Positions 63,327 through 64,000 of a DNA stretch of 64,000 bases are shown piece by piece (the first letter of the stretch is position 1; the number at the start of each line of letters is the position of its first letter). The stretch lies in the sequence record MW825358.1, one strand, 5' to 3'. A model generated the notes under the pieces. It was not told where the DNA came from. It saw nothing but the letters and a program-made list of their open reading frames with translations, and searched no databases. The translations under genes were made by a program, and so were the position numbers.

Positions 63327-63920
63327 ATGTCCACTGACACCACCCCGCTGTCACCTTCCGATAAACCTGATCCCGCAAAGGACGGCATTGACCACATCAA
63401 CTGCTACTCCAAGGCCCAGACCGCCCTTGGTCAACAGTTGAGTAACTTCAGCCACGTTCCGTTTGATCATCCTGAGTTTGGCTTCTTTGCGTCACTGGAA
63501 GCCTACTGGTATTGGCTCAAGACCGGCATGCAGCACAACTCGCTGCGTCGCCTGTATGGGGCCACGGCCAAATCCGCTGGCATTCGTCAGTTGGAAGTCA
63601 GGATGGATGTCGAAGAATTCCATCGACTGTTCAGTGATGGCATTCGGCTTCGGATTGCCCAGAATCCGAAGTTGCGTGCTGCGGTACGCCAGTCCACCTT
63701 GCCTTTCCGGCATTACTACGTCTACGGCACCAACCCGCCGGTGGTGCGTGACCAAACGCGGATGTATTGGCAAATGGAAGTGATGGAGGAAGTGCGCGCC
63801 ACTCTCAAGCGCGATGAACCCATCAAGCTCTCAGATGGAACACCGGCTGCACGAGCAGCCATCCGTGAGGTGGAAGCCAATCCTTTGCCGGAAGCCTTGC
63901 GCTTTCCGACTGAAGATTAA
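63327..63920 (+). CDS. NADAR-family protein (T4 gp30.3-like)
   Basis: DGIDHINCYSK..T.LG..LSNF.H.PF....G.F.SLEAYWYWL..G...LR.LYG..AK..G and LPF.HYY motifs. Confidence 0.78.
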   Translation: MSTDTTPLSPSDKPDPAKDGIDHINCYSKAQTALGQQLSNFSHVPFDHPEFGFFASLEAYWYWLKTGMQHNSLRRLYGATAKSAGIRQLEVRMDVEEFHRLFSDGIRLRIAQNPKLRAAVRQSTLPFRHYYVYGTNPPVVRDQTRMYWQMEVMEEVRATLKRDEPIKLSDGTPAARAAIREVEANPLPEALRFPTED

Positions 63921-63957
63921 CTCCATCAGCGTCTGCGTTATCCTGTGTAGTGTTAGT

Positions 63958-63991
63958 GCTCTCCGGTCCCAGTGGCCGGAGAGCGTTATGC
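63958..63991. terminator. Hairpin followed by TTATGC
   Basis: gctctccggtc-ccagt-ggccggagagc. Confidence 0.6.
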
Positions 63992-64000
63992 TGCCCAGGT

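Overview
This window is a 64 kb segment of a phiKZ-like (Chimalliviridae-type, probably nucleus-forming) jumbo myophage genome. It is GC-rich by eye (about 55-60%, not computed). Gene calls rest on motif recognition and remembered phiKZ synteny, not on database searches. From left to right it holds a DnaB-like helicase, the major capsid protein, a non-virion RNAP beta N-terminal subunit, the portal and baseplate genes, and a large tail-fibre/receptor-binding region built as two convergent cassettes around RuvC. These are followed by tandem GNATs, the tail spike, an SbcC-like ATPase, structural proteins, a spanin pair, RNase H, UvsX, a virion RNAP beta C-terminal subunit and a NADAR-like gene. 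No rRNA, tRNA, CRISPR array, intron or IS element was seen. The most notable observations are: (1) a tail-tip-like protein fused through poly-Gly to a C-terminal Hint autoprocessing domain, downstream of an S74-chaperone fibre; (2) a nested long-range RNA helix that could join the 5' and 3' UTRs of the capsid mRNA; (3) a family of hairpins carrying an orientation-specific CATA box (usually GCATA) 5' of the stem; (4) an intact NADAR next to a degenerate paralog; (5) a repeated L[DN]xLxYP motif also found at the capsid protein C-terminus.
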